Assembly: GCA_965197645.1 (NCBI GenBank)
Contig: OZ240219.1
Coordinates: forward strand, 1,440,001 to 1,504,000
DNA from: Dehalococcoidia bacterium
GTDB lineage: Bacteria; Chloroflexota; Dehalococcoidia; Plut-88900
DNA length: 64,000 bases
Direction of reading: 5' to 3'
Shown: positions 11,036 to 20,852 of the stretch, one piece after another
Layout of the letters: every line of letters starts with the position of its first letter
Position numbering within the stretch: position 1 is the first letter of the stretch
Made by a program: the position numbers and the translations under genes
Notes under the pieces: generated by a model
Told to the model about the DNA's origin: nothing
Seen by the model: the letters and a program-made list of their open reading frames with translations, nothing else
Databases searched by the model: none

Positions 11036-11377
11036 CTCCACCACGACCCCTCGGCTGCCTCACTCCCCTTCAGTTCCTCCATCATCAATACAAGTCAAAC
11101 AAAGGCCTCATGTGGCAGTAATCTACCGTACGAGTACAAAGTCTTGACAGCGTTCCATACTTTACGCTACTTTTGGGCCAATGTGGTTATCGACACGGAG
11201 ATGCACTCGCTGGAAAGATTCGGCTCACGCTGGAGTTAACCTCTCACCTTTGCTGTCGACCGAGATAGCCGTCACGGCAAGGGGTGAAGTGCACAAGGTT
11301 GACCGCCTCGAGTCGTGGCTGATCGAGACCAGAGCACCGTTGAACTTGTGAGTTCTTACAGACCGATTGGAGGAAAG

Positions 11378-12448
11378 ATGCACCGGTATGGACGTTTATT
11401 CGCTGGCATAGCGGCGATTGTAGTGTTGCTGGTTGTGGTTGCGTGTCAATCGGACGGGGGAGAGACTCGAGAGAACACCCTCGACGTGATTCTCGATCGA
11501 GGGAACCTGATCTGCGGCATTAAGGCAGACACTCCCGGATTCGGCGTGCTCAATCCCGACGGCACGGCCGAAGGCAACGACGTGGAGTATTGCCGTGCAC
11601 TGGCCGCTGCGATCTTTGGAGACAGCAGTAAAGTCGAGTTCAAAGAGGCCACCTCCGCCAATCGCTTCGAACTCTTGGCGGCCAAGGAGATCGACGTGCT
11701 CATCCGCACGACGACTTGGACCGCCAGCCGCGACGCTGATCTCAACGTAGCGTTCGCACCGACAACCTTCTACGACGGCGCCGGCATTATGGTCAAGGCA
11801 GACGCCGGAGTATCGAGCGTGACGGAGCTCGGCGGGGCTACCATCTGCATCCTGGACGGCACCAGCACCCAGGGCGCCGTTTCCGACTTCTTCTCCGAGG
11901 AAGGGCTGACATACGAGGAGCTAACCCTCCAGGCCAACCCGGAGATCCGTTCCGCATTCATCAGCGATCAGTGCGACGCCTGGTCCTCGGATAAGTCCCA
12001 GCTGGGCGCTCACCAGTTCACGCTGAAAGCGGACGACAACCTCGACGCCATCGTGCTCCCCGAGACCCTCTCCAAAGAACCCCTGGGCCCGGCTGTACGC
12101 GACTACGACTCGGAGTGGGAAGACGTGGTGCGTTGGATAGTGAACGGCATGATCATCGCCGAGGAGCAGGGAGTCACCTCCGGTAACGTACGCGATATGG
12201 CTGCTGACCCGCCGAACAACACCGTGGCCCGCCTCCTGGGAGCAGGGTTTGGAGACGCACCTGCCAGCAATTTGGGCATCGGACACGACAAGATCCCCGT
12301 CACCTTCATGCAGAACGTGATCCGCCAAGTTGGCAACTACGGTCAGGTATACGACCGAACGCTCGAGCAAGTGGGGCTCACACGCGCCGGGTCGCCGAAT
12401 GCGTCCTACTTGAACGGTGGCCTGATCTACGCTCCTCCTATGCGCTAG
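11378..12448 (+). CDS. aapJ: General L-amino acid ABC transporter substrate-binding lipoprotein (AapJ/BztA family)
   Basis: Lipobox VVA-C, TL..I..RG.L.CG, CRALAAAIFGD, RTTTWT.SRD, SKEPLGPAVR, VGNYG.VY.R and GGLIYAPPMR. ATG 11378 follows GGAGG. Confidence 0.92.
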   Translation: MHRYGRLFAGIAAIVVLLVVVACQSDGGETRENTLDVILDRGNLICGIKADTPGFGVLNPDGTAEGNDVEYCRALAAAIFGDSSKVEFKEATSANRFELLAAKEIDVLIRTTTWTASRDADLNVAFAPTTFYDGAGIMVKADAGVSSVTELGGATICILDGTSTQGAVSDFFSEEGLTYEELTLQANPEIRSAFISDQCDAWSSDKSQLGAHQFTLKADDNLDAIVLPETLSKEPLGPAVRDYDSEWEDVVRWIVNGMIIAEEQGVTSGNVRDMAADPPNNTVARLLGAGFGDAPASNLGIGHDKIPVTFMQNVIRQVGNYGQVYDRTLEQVGLTRAGSPNASYLNGGLIYAPPMR

Positions 12449-12473
12449 AGCAGCTCCGACGAAACGGAAAAAA

Positions 12474-12507
12474 GGCGTATGGGCGGATGTAGACCCGCCC
12501 ATACGCC
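12474..12507 (+). terminator. Intercistronic stem-loop after the binding-protein gene
   Basis: GGCGTATGGGCGG-ATGTAGAC-CCGCCCATACGCC; lacks a clear U-tract on +, so may be an mRNA-stabilising element. Confidence 0.55.
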
Positions 12508-12530
12508 GTTCCTCGTAAGGTTGCTCGGCG

Positions 12531-13847
12531 ATGAAGCAACGTCTTAACAACATCTGGTCAAAAAAGTATTCCCTCTTTCTCGCCGTCAATCTCACAGTTT
12601 GGACGGCGGTTGGCATTATCTTCGGCATCTGGTCAAGAAAGCACCCCCGCTATCTTGCTGCCAAGCTGACTGTTAAGACGGCCGTCGGCATTATCGTTGA
12701 CATCTGGTCAAAAAAGCATTCCCGCTATCTCGCCGTCAATCTCACAGTCGGGGTTGTGGCCGCTGCAGTAGCCGGTTACTTCTGCTACTCGATAGCCGTC
12801 AACCTCTTCGACTTCGACTTTCTCAGGGGGCCTTACGGAAGCCCGGACCGGAGCTCGATCTTCGATGTTCTGGACGTGGAGGCAAGCGACCCTAGGTGGC
12901 TGGGAATAATCAAAGGCGCCGGCAACACCATATCAGTCGTGGTGCTCGCCATTGTCCTATCCTCGCTGCTGGGCCTGGCCGTCGGGGTGGCCCGGCTCGC
13001 CCACAACCCGCTCCTGAACCGGCTGGGCACCATCTACGTCGAGCTGTTCAGGAACCTTCCGCTGCTGCTGATCATGTTCTTCTTCGCCTTCGCGGCGTTC
13101 CGGGAACTGCCCAGGATTGAGGCACGGTCGGGGTTGGACGGAGTGCTCTACGTCAGCAATCGTGGGCTGGCCCTCCCCTGGTTGGAGTCCAGTCACTCGC
13201 TCTGGTGGCTATGGCCCATCGCATTGCTGGGCGCCGCCGCTGCGGCGTGGCTTGTGAGGCGCCTCCGTGTTCGCAGGGAGGCCGAGACGGGCGAGAGTCT
13301 GCACCCGAACGCCTGGGCGGCGGCGATTATCGTGCTAGTTGGAGTAGTGGCATACGCGGCACTGCTCGCTCCGTTGCGCCTAACCCTTCCCGACGTGATT
13401 CAATCGGAGTCGGGGTTCTTCTCGTATGAGGGCGGCAACCAGTTCGGGCTGGGTTATCTGAGTGCGCTGGTATCGCTCACGCTATACTTCAGCTCCTTCA
13501 TCGCCGAGATCGTGCGCGGCTCAATCCAGGCGATACCCCGGGGCCAGACCGAGGCTTCCGCGTCGCTAGGACTATCGGCATACCAGCGCTTTTCGCTGAT
13601 CATCCTTCCCCAGGCCCTGCGGATCATGATCCCTTCGCTGAACAACGAGTACCAGAACACCAACAAGGACTCGACTCTTGCCCATGCCATAGCCTACGGG
13701 GAGATAGTCCTGATATCCAATAGGATAGTCAACAACACCGGCAACCTGTTGCAGACGTACATGTTCATATTCTTCATCTTCATTGTCACCAACCTCATCA
13801 TCTCGCTGATAATGAACACCATAAATCGGAACGTTCAGATCAAATGA
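12531..13847 (+). CDS. aapQ: Amino acid ABC transporter permease (AapQ/BztB family)
   Basis: YVELFRNLPLLL, SNRGL.LP, FIAEIVRGSIQAIPRGQTEA...LGL (EAA loop) and ILPQALRI.IP. Confidence 0.9.
   Translation: MKQRLNNIWSKKYSLFLAVNLTVWTAVGIIFGIWSRKHPRYLAAKLTVKTAVGIIVDIWSKKHSRYLAVNLTVGVVAAAVAGYFCYSIAVNLFDFDFLRGPYGSPDRSSIFDVLDVEASDPRWLGIIKGAGNTISVVVLAIVLSSLLGLAVGVARLAHNPLLNRLGTIYVELFRNLPLLLIMFFFAFAAFRELPRIEARSGLDGVLYVSNRGLALPWLESSHSLWWLWPIALLGAAAAAWLVRRLRVRREAETGESLHPNAWAAAIIVLVGVVAYAALLAPLRLTLPDVIQSESGFFSYEGGNQFGLGYLSALVSLTLYFSSFIAEIVRGSIQAIPRGQTEASASLGLSAYQRFSLIILPQALRIMIPSLNNEYQNTNKDSTLAHAIAYGEIVLISNRIVNNTGNLLQTYMFIFFIFIVTNLIISLIMNTINRNVQIK
12551..12749 (+). repeat. 75-bp in-frame tandem repeat (about 2.6 copies)
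   Basis: Units begin CATCTGGTCAA at 12551, 12626 and 12701, encoding IWS[KR]K..R/L.LA..LTV.TAVGII. Confidence 0.9.
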
Positions 13848-15187
13848 TCTCATCGCCGGGGTATCAGTCCATCGTTTCCGGGCGTGTGGTCTGGGCGCGG
13901 GAGAACCTGTTCAACTCATGGGGCAACTCGGCCCTTAGCCTAGCGTCAATAGGTCTCGGCGGCCTCATTGTGTACCTGGTGCTGAAGTTCATCCTGGTCC
14001 AGGCCAACTGGGGTCTGGTGGCGATCAACCGGAAGCTGTTCTTCGTCGGCAGCTACCCGGCGGACGAGATCTTCCGGATATGGATATCTGTCTTCATCGT
14101 AGCGACCCTGATCGCGCTGACCTATGGCATCTGGGTTGGAAGACTACGGCCCTACGTGTTAGCCATCGGCATAGTGGCGGTGGTAACCCTCACCTTTGGC
14201 CTGGGGACGGAGCTGACCATCGAGGAGCGGTTCTACAGCGAGGAGATACAAACCGAGGACCAGACCATCGAAATTAGCGGCACCGAAAGAGAGCTGGTGT
14301 GGGAACGGGGCTGGGCGCCCCGCTGGCTCAACTCGGTCGCACTGGGATTGGCAGTCCCCTTCGGTACGGCCTGGCTGCTGCTTGCCGGGCTCTTTGCGGT
14401 CCTGATAGGGGGCGCCTGGGCGGGCAAGCAGCTCGGCCGATGGAAAAGCAACCCGATACTGCTTCAGTCTATCGGCGCGGCGTGGGTCCTGCTCATCCCG
14501 GCAATCGTCTTGCTCCAGATGGGGGTATCCAGCCGTCACTGGGAGGGCGCCTTTCTGGACCTGCTGGTGTTTTCCGTTGGCGGCATTTTTTCCTTCTTCA
14601 TCGGCCTTGTACTTGCGTTGAGCCGCGTCTCTCCCTACAGGGCCATACGGGTCACCGCCGTCGTCTACATCGAGGTAGTACGAGCGGCCCCATTGCTCGT
14701 CTGGCTGCTGTTCGCCACATTTCTGGACGATGAGCTCGGGCCCATTGGCCAGGCCTTCAGCAACATAGACCTGGTCTACCGGGTCATGTTCGTTTTCGCC
14801 TTTTTTGGGGCAGCGTACATAGCCGAGGTTGTGCGGAGCGGACTGCAGTCCATAACCCGCGGGCAGCATGAAGCCGCCGAGGCATTGGGTCTTTCCTCGA
14901 TGCAGAAGTACACCTTCATCGTACTGCCGCAGGCGATAAAGGCGGTTATACCCGCGATCATAGGGCGCTTCATCGCTCTCTGGAAGGATACCGCCCTGCT
15001 GGCTGCGATATCGCTGGTCAACACGTTGGAAATAGCGAGGAAGATCCTGGCGGGACAGACGGATATAGCGGAGGGCGCATTCTTCGAGATTTACATCATA
15101 GTAGGGCTGATATACTGGGTGGTCTCGTTCCTGTTGTCCCGTGTAGGCGGAGCGGCGGAGGCCAGGCTGGGGCAGAGCACGAGATAG
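13844..15187 (+). CDS. aapM: Amino acid ABC transporter permease (AapM/BztC family)
   Basis: W.RENLFNSW.N, G.YP..E..R, YIEVVR..PL, AYIAEVVRSGLQ....GQ.EAA.ALGL and KDT.L. Confidence 0.9.
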   Translation: MISSPGYQSIVSGRVVWARENLFNSWGNSALSLASIGLGGLIVYLVLKFILVQANWGLVAINRKLFFVGSYPADEIFRIWISVFIVATLIALTYGIWVGRLRPYVLAIGIVAVVTLTFGLGTELTIEERFYSEEIQTEDQTIEISGTERELVWERGWAPRWLNSVALGLAVPFGTAWLLLAGLFAVLIGGAWAGKQLGRWKSNPILLQSIGAAWVLLIPAIVLLQMGVSSRHWEGAFLDLLVFSVGGIFSFFIGLVLALSRVSPYRAIRVTAVVYIEVVRAAPLLVWLLFATFLDDELGPIGQAFSNIDLVYRVMFVFAFFGAAYIAEVVRSGLQSITRGQHEAAEALGLSSMQKYTFIVLPQAIKAVIPAIIGRFIALWKDTALLAAISLVNTLEIARKILAGQTDIAEGAFFEIYIIVGLIYWVVSFLLSRVGGAAEARLGQSTR

Positions 15188-15215
15188 GGAACCAAGCCGC
15201 AGGGAGGTCCGATAA

Positions 15216-15968
15216 ATGGCAGTCAAGAACGGGAATGAGATAGTCCGGCTGGAGAAAGTGGTCAAGCGCTTCGGTAACTTCACCGCGCTGAACAAGGTAA
15301 GCGTCTCGGTGACAGAGGGCGAAGTCGTGGTCATCATCGGGCCTTCCGGATCGGGTAAGTCGACCCTGCTCAGGACGATCAATCGGCTGGAACAGCACGA
15401 CGCCGGCCGTATCGTCGTAGACGGCATCGAGCTGAATGACGACTCCCGTAACCTGACCAAGATAAGAATGGAAACTGGGATGGTATTCCAGCAGTTCAAC
15501 CTCTTCCCTCATCTCACCGTGATGCGGAACATAACCCTTGCTCCGCAAAAGGTCCGCCACTTGCCGCAGAAGGAGGCGGAGGAGCTGGCGCTACGTTTAC
15601 TGAACCGCGTGGGCATACCGGAACAGGCCGACAAATTCCCCGGACAGCTTTCCGGCGGGCAGCAGCAGCGGGTAGCCATAGCACGGGCCATGGCGATGGA
15701 GCCCAAGGTGATGATGTTCGACGAGCCGACTTCGGCACTCGACCCGGAGATGATCAACGAGGTCCTGGTGGTAATGGGAGAGCTGGCCGCTTCCGGCATG
15801 ACGATGATCTGCGTCAGCCACGAGATGGGCTTCGCAAGGAACGTCGCCGATCGCGTGATCTTCATGGACGAGGGCGAGATCGTGGAGATCGGAACATCCG
15901 AAGAGTTCTTCACCACCCCACGGGAGCCTCGCACCAAACTCTTCCTCGACCAGATCCTTACCCACTAG
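15216..15968 (+). CDS. aapP: Amino acid ABC transporter ATP-binding protein
   Basis: Walker [34 protein letters not shown] and HEMGFA. Confidence 0.95.
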   Translation: MAVKNGNEIVRLEKVVKRFGNFTALNKVSVSVTEGEVVVIIGPSGSGKSTLLRTINRLEQHDAGRIVVDGIELNDDSRNLTKIRMETGMVFQQFNLFPHLTVMRNITLAPQKVRHLPQKEAEELALRLLNRVGIPEQADKFPGQLSGGQQQRVAIARAMAMEPKVMMFDEPTSALDPEMINEVLVVMGELAASGMTMICVSHEMGFARNVADRVIFMDEGEIVEIGTSEEFFTTPREPRTKLFLDQILTH

Positions 15969-16020
15969 CCTGCCCTAATCGGCTTCTTTTCTTTGCTCGG
16001 CTACAGCAAGATGCCCGGTC

Positions 16021-16064
16021 TACACAACAAATATGTTGACAACAACATATTTGTTGTGTACAGT
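16021..16064 (+). promoter_or_regulatory. hicAB promoter with 18-bp perfect inverted-repeat operator
   Basis: TACACAACAAATATGTTG-ACAA-CAACATATTTGTTGTGTA overlaps -35 TTGACA (16036-16041) and -10 TACAGT (16059-16064; 17-nt spacer). Confidence 0.85.
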
Positions 16065-16072
16065 GCAACAGG

Positions 16073-16261
16073 GTGAATGCGTCTGAGTTCCGACGCTGGT
16101 TGAGAAAGCAGGGCTGTTCGTTCCAGACCCACAAGGGCGGCAGCGGACATCTCACCGTCCGTCTCGGAGACCGCACGAGCCAACTGCCGCTGCATGGAGG
16201 CCGGAAGGAACTGGGGCGGGGACTCGTTGCAAAGATCAAGAAAGACCTGGGGTTGGACTGA
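16073..16261 (+). CDS. hicA: HicA family toxin (mRNA interferase)
   Basis: 62 aa basic protein, MN..EF.RWL..QG..F..KGGSGHL.V....P.HG.KEL..GL...IKKDLGL. Confidence 0.93.
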   Translation: MNASEFRRWLRKQGCSFQTHKGGSGHLTVRLGDRTSQLPLHGGRKELGRGLVAKIKKDLGLD

Positions 16262-16716
16262 TGCTTGCCTATCCGATAACGCTGGAAGATGACGATGGGA
16301 CCGTGCTGGCAACGTCGCCCGACTTCTCGGAGCTGACCAGCTTCGGGGACGACCATGAGGAGGCGGTCGCCCGCGCCGTTCACGCTCTCGAAGAGGCGAT
16401 AGCGGCCCGCATCCACGATCGCAAGGACATTCCCGCACCGTCCCAGGGCGAGACCTATGCCGTACTGCCGACTCTGACTTCAGTGAAGGTGATGCTGTAC
16501 CAGGGGATGAGAGACCAGAACATCGGCAAGGCGGAGCTGGCCCGCCGCCTAGGATGGCACATGCCGCAGGTTGATCGGGTACTGGACGTCCAGCACCGAT
16601 CGCGGCTGGACATGATGGACGCCGCCCTGGGAGCCATCGGACGGCAGTTGCACGTGACCGCGGCAGTTACAGCGGACCCAGCGGCTGCTACCGGTCGAAA
16701 AGAGATGGCACAGTAG
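16261..16716 (+). CDS. hicB: HicB family antitoxin with C-terminal HTH
   Basis: YP..L..DD..V....PDF.EL..FGDD..EA and KAELARRLGW...QVDR.LD..H.S; translationally coupled to hicA. Confidence 0.93.
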   Translation: MLAYPITLEDDDGTVLATSPDFSELTSFGDDHEEAVARAVHALEEAIAARIHDRKDIPAPSQGETYAVLPTLTSVKVMLYQGMRDQNIGKAELARRLGWHMPQVDRVLDVQHRSRLDMMDAALGAIGRQLHVTAAVTADPAAATGRKEMAQ

Positions 16717-16718
16717 CC

Positions 16719-17351
16719 ATGGACAACACTCGGTTCAATCTGGAACGCATTCACACGGCTCGGGATACCGCCGAGCTGGCGGATAGATACGATCAGATGG
16801 CCGGGGGCTACGACGACTCGTTGCCGGGAGAGTGGGGCTGGACCCCGCCGGAACACATAGCGGAGATCTTCGCGGGATATGTGGATAAGAATGCCAGGAT
16901 ACTGGATGCCGGGGTGGGCACGGGTTTGGTCGGCGAAGCCCTAGTAAAACTGGGGTACAGCGGTCTCTTCGGCATAGACATCTCCGAGGGGATGATGGAG
17001 AAGGCGCGAGACAAGGGACTGTATCGAGAGCTGCACCGAATGGAGATGGGTCACCCTCTGAAGTTCTCAACCAACTTCTTCGATGCGGTGGTATCGGTCG
17101 GGGTGATGGCGATGGGACACGCTCCGGCCAGAGCCCTCGATGAGCTGGTGCGCATTACTAGGCCCGGCGGGCACCTTGTTTACACCCTCAGGCCCATCGT
17201 GCACGAGGAATGGGGATTCAAGGAGAAACACGCCGAATTGGAGAACCAGGGGATGTGGAGGCTGGTGAAGAGGACGGACCCCTTCGTGCCGATGCCCAAG
17301 CGGGAGCCCGATTTCTACTACGACATCTGGGTTTTTCAGGTTACCGGTTAG
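16719..17351 (+). CDS. Class I SAM-dependent methyltransferase
   Basis: ILDAGVGTGLVG, GIDIS..M, FDAVVSVG and EL.RITRPGG. Confidence 0.9.
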   Translation: MDNTRFNLERIHTARDTAELADRYDQMAGGYDDSLPGEWGWTPPEHIAEIFAGYVDKNARILDAGVGTGLVGEALVKLGYSGLFGIDISEGMMEKARDKGLYRELHRMEMGHPLKFSTNFFDAVVSVGVMAMGHAPARALDELVRITRPGGHLVYTLRPIVHEEWGFKEKHAELENQGMWRLVKRTDPFVPMPKREPDFYYDIWVFQVTG

Positions 17352-17420
17352 GCAATTCTTCCCTGGCGATTCCCTGGACCAGCTGAGGTGAAGCTGAGTG
17401 CAATGCCCCCGCCCTCGGGC

Positions 17421-18449
17421 TCAGTTCCTGAAGTAGGGCATTATCTTATCGCTGATCTCACGCATCATTCTCTTCTTGTCGAAGATGGTGAAGAGCACCG
17501 TGGAGATGTTCTTTACACCCAGCTCTCCCAGCTCCTGGATCCTCTCCCGTATCTCCTCCGGCGTGCCGGTCAGCATGAAGGCATCTATAGTCTGCTGGCT
17601 GATCAAGAGGGCGTGTGAAGCGTCGGTGAGTTCGTGCTCGGCGGGGTCGAAAGCATCGTGCACCTGCTTAAGCTCGTCGACGAGGCCGGGCGCTGTACGA
17701 TCGAAGCGCTTTCGCAAGTCCACCACGTCGGGGTTCTCCCACTGGAATATCCCGAAGTAGTTGCTGTAAGCCCAGGTTGCGGCGTAAGAAGCCACCTCTC
17801 TACGCGCCCGTTCCTTGGACTCGGAGATGTAGATCAGAGTGCGAGCCCACGTGTCTATCTCCGATGGGTCTCTGCCCGCCTTCTCGGCCCCTCTTTCTAT
17901 GAGCTCCATGTGCCATTTGACCTTTTCGGGGTGGATGGACCCGAAGATCACACCGTCCGCTATCTCACCCGCCATCTCCGTGGCTCGCGGCCCGTCTGCC
18001 GCCATGTAGACCGGCACCTGGCGACGGCTCCACTCCGACTGCATCCTATCGCCCTGGAAATCAGCATCCCTGCCGGCCGTGTAGTCCCTGATAAAGCCTA
18101 TTGCCTCGCGTAGCTCTTTCATCGGCCGGGGTTTCATCACCTTGCCCCAGGAGCCCCCGGCGCCGATCCCTACAAAGGCCCGGCCGCCGGACAGCTCGTT
18201 GATGCTGGCGGTGGCGTTGGCGGTCACCCACGGCCTGTAGGTGAAAGGATCGGTCACACCCTGTCCTATCTGGATGCGATGGGTGTTCAGGGCTGCTACG
18301 GTCATCATCGCATACACGTCGCGGGACAGGATGGGCTGGTCGACGAAGGTCATGTGGGAGAATCCGCACTCCTCAGCGACCCGAGCATGGGATGCTATCT
18401 CGTCCATTCTTAGATTTCGTCCCATGCCGACGCTAAAGTCCAGCTTCAT
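17421..18449 (-). CDS. LLM-class (luciferase-like, Mer-like) flavin/F420-dependent oxidoreductase
   Basis: AEECGF, T.RIQIG.GVT.P, ELSGGRA.VGIGAG, PVYMAA.GP....AGEIADG and GTPEE. Confidence 0.9.
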   Translation of the reverse strand: MKLDFSVGMGRNLRMDEIASHARVAEECGFSHMTFVDQPILSRDVYAMMTVAALNTHRIQIGQGVTDPFTYRPWVTANATASINELSGGRAFVGIGAGGSWGKVMKPRPMKELREAIGFIRDYTAGRDADFQGDRMQSEWSRRQVPVYMAADGPRATEMAGEIADGVIFGSIHPEKVKWHMELIERGAEKAGRDPSEIDTWARTLIYISESKERARREVASYAATWAYSNYFGIFQWENPDVVDLRKRFDRTAPGLVDELKQVHDAFDPAEHELTDASHALLISQQTIDAFMLTGTPEEIRERIQELGELGVKNISTVLFTIFDKKRMMREISDKIMPYFRN

Positions 18450-18615
18450 AGCGATCTCCCCTTTTGCTCTAGAACATCCGCTGCCCGTCTGGGAAGCGTT
18501 GATTCATTCTACTATACCGGGCTTCATCTTAGCCGCCGGTCGGGAAACGAGCATGATAGCCTGGTAACCGGAATATAGAATCGAGCCAGTCTTCCTATGA
18601 GTCCCCCACCGATAG

Positions 18616-19812
18616 TCAAGACACTATAGTCAGCTCTCTCGGCAGCCGGCTTAGCGTTTCGCAGCCGTCCTCGGTGATGACCATCGTTTCACTGAACCAC
18701 ACGCCCACCTGGTTGGGGGCTCGACAGCCGGTGGGAGTGTGAAAGACCATCCCCGGTTCGAGGACCCGATGGTGCTTTTCCGTGATATAGGTGGCGTGGT
18801 CCACCCAGTCGGGAGGAAACCCGATGCCTACCGAATAGGCTATTCCTCGTGCGGGATACCCGGCGGAATCCTTCCCCTTCATCCCTTCGTCCACGGCACG
18901 GGCCACTTCCGAACCGGTCCTGCCCGGCCTAGCGTTTTCAAGTAGCAACTCGAGTCGTGTCAGACCGCTGTCGGCAAGCCGTTTTACCAGGTCCGATGGC
19001 GGGCCGATGACACCGGTGCGGTACAGGGGCGCTGCGTAACGATGATATGCGGAGGTCAACTCGATGCCGGCCGGCTCTCCCCTTTTGATAGTCCGTCTCT
19101 TGGCTACCACATGAGTCAGCGCAGTCCAGGCCCCGACGTATACCAAGGGCTGGACCGAGACGTACTCGCTGCCCGCCCTGGTTATCGAATCCAGGGCAGC
19201 GGCGGCTATGTCGTTGTCCCGTTCCCCCTCCCGTATCGCCGCCAGCGCAGCCTCCATGCCGATATCCGTCATCCTGGCCGCTTCGCGAATGTGGGCCAGC
19301 TCGGTGGGTGATTTCACTGCCCGGAGGTCCAACGTCAGGTCCGAAGCGTCGACAAACTCGGCATCGGCCAGCTCGTCCCTTAGCACCTGGCTTGTCAGAC
19401 CGCTGAAACCTGGAAGCCGCAGCTCGATGCCGATGCGTTTGTTCGCATAGCCTCGGCCCTTCAATATCTCCACCAGCTGCTGCGGAGCCTCCGCCTGGGA
19501 CATCCAGTCGATGGTGTAGACGCCGTCGGTGTCCCATCCGTGCACCAGCAGGTTCGCCACCTCGATGTCTATGACCTGTACTATGGGGTCCCCTTCCAGT
19601 GGCAGGATCAGGCAGGTGTACCAGTTGGCCAGGGGTGACTGGTAGCCATAGAGGTAGCAGAAGTTCGGTGTGTAGTGAACCAGCAGGACATCTATCCCGC
19701 GTTCCGCCATCGAGCTTCTTACTTTGGCCACTCTGCCTTCGTATTCCTCTCTTGAGAACGCCAATTCCGTCGTTAATCCGGCTGATTTCAACGCGTCGAC
19801 CGACAATACCAT
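18616..19812 (-). CDS. M24 family creatinase/ectoine hydrolase (DoeA/EutD)-like amidohydrolase
   Basis: F...EY..R..KVR..M...GID.L, R.VKSP.E, YSVGIGFPPDW, LEPGMVFH and SET..ITE.GCE.L; lacks the canonical D/D/H/E/E metal ligands of Xaa-Pro peptidases. Confidence 0.8.
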   Translation of the reverse strand: MVLSVDALKSAGLTTELAFSREEYEGRVAKVRSSMAERGIDVLLVHYTPNFCYLYGYQSPLANWYTCLILPLEGDPIVQVIDIEVANLLVHGWDTDGVYTIDWMSQAEAPQQLVEILKGRGYANKRIGIELRLPGFSGLTSQVLRDELADAEFVDASDLTLDLRAVKSPTELAHIREAARMTDIGMEAALAAIREGERDNDIAAAALDSITRAGSEYVSVQPLVYVGAWTALTHVVAKRRTIKRGEPAGIELTSAYHRYAAPLYRTGVIGPPSDLVKRLADSGLTRLELLLENARPGRTGSEVARAVDEGMKGKDSAGYPARGIAYSVGIGFPPDWVDHATYITEKHHRVLEPGMVFHTPTGCRAPNQVGVWFSETMVITEDGCETLSRLPRELTIVS

Positions 19813-20003
19813 TGCTAACCTCGCCTTCTCTTCGTTGTCGTGTGGGAGGGAACGGCCATCATTGTATCAACTCGAACCGGAGAAGTAAGCTCTTCGCGAT
19901 GACGTTGGAACCCGACACGGTGGGCAACAGGGAGCACCGATCTATCCGAGCATTGCTTCTAGGATAAAGAGGGCCTGATCTCGGCGGTATCGTCTATGCA
20001 ACC

Positions 20004-20852
20004 CTAGCGCTGTACGTCCGGTACGATGGCGTGCCCACTCAGCTGTGGCCAAGCGGCGGGAGCGCCGGCTCTCTCCAGCCGCTCCTCAATTGGGAGGCTC
20101 TCGTCCCAGTGATATGCGATGAAACGCCGACCATTGGTGCCGCTTCCCTCTTCAGAGCATAGCCAGAGCAGGGGCGCCTGCATCACCTCCGACTGAATCA
20201 GAGCCGACCTCTGCCACGGGGAGTCATCGGGAATCATGTTCGTGTTCGTTGCTCCGCCCGGCACCAGAACGTTCGACGTGACCCCCGTGCCCTCCAACTC
20301 CCGAGCCATGGTGGCGATCAGCGCCTCGTGCCCCGCTTTGGACGGGCCATAGGGTGAGCCGCCTTGGTTGTACATGCTGCCCAGGCTGGTAGTCACCCCG
20401 ATGATGCGTCCCCACCCTTGATCGATCATGTGAGGTACCACTGCGCGAGCCATGAAGAACGGCCCGTTGAGATTTACGGCTACGGCCCTGGCCCAGGTCT
20501 CGGGGGAGGTCAGCCAGAAGTTGGCGTTGTCCATGGAACCCTCGGCCCTCGGGAAGATTCCGGCATTGTTGACCAGGATGTGAAGACCATTCAGCTCTCT
20601 TGTGGTCCGGTCTACGACCAGCTGGACCTGATCAGGGTCCGAGACGTCCAGGGCCATGGGCAAGACGCTGTCATCACCCCCGATCTCACGCACGTCGTTG
20701 GCGCTTTGCCGCAACCAGTCTTCGTTGATATCCGTCATCGCCACTCTGGCTCCGGCTCTTACCAGGGCCATCGACATAGCCCGTCCCATACCCGTTCGGC
20801 TTCCGGCGCCGGTCACTATCGCCACTCTGCCTTCCAACAATCTCTCTGCCAT
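20004..20852 (-). CDS. Short-chain dehydrogenase/reductase
   Basis: VAIVTGAGS..GMG, LVNNAG and YGPSK catalytic motif. Confidence 0.93.
   Translation of the reverse strand: MAERLLEGRVAIVTGAGSRTGMGRAMSMALVRAGARVAMTDINEDWLRQSANDVREIGGDDSVLPMALDVSDPDQVQLVVDRTTRELNGLHILVNNAGIFPRAEGSMDNANFWLTSPETWARAVAVNLNGPFFMARAVVPHMIDQGWGRIIGVTTSLGSMYNQGGSPYGPSKAGHEALIATMARELEGTGVTSNVLVPGGATNTNMIPDDSPWQRSALIQSEVMQAPLLWLCSEEGSGTNGRRFIAYHWDESLPIEERLERAGAPAAWPQLSGHAIVPDVQR

Noticed and set aside
12551-12749. Regularly spaced repeats as a possible CRISPR array
   Set aside because: The 75-bp units are similar along their whole length with no unique spacers, are in frame within a permease gene, and there are no cas genes.
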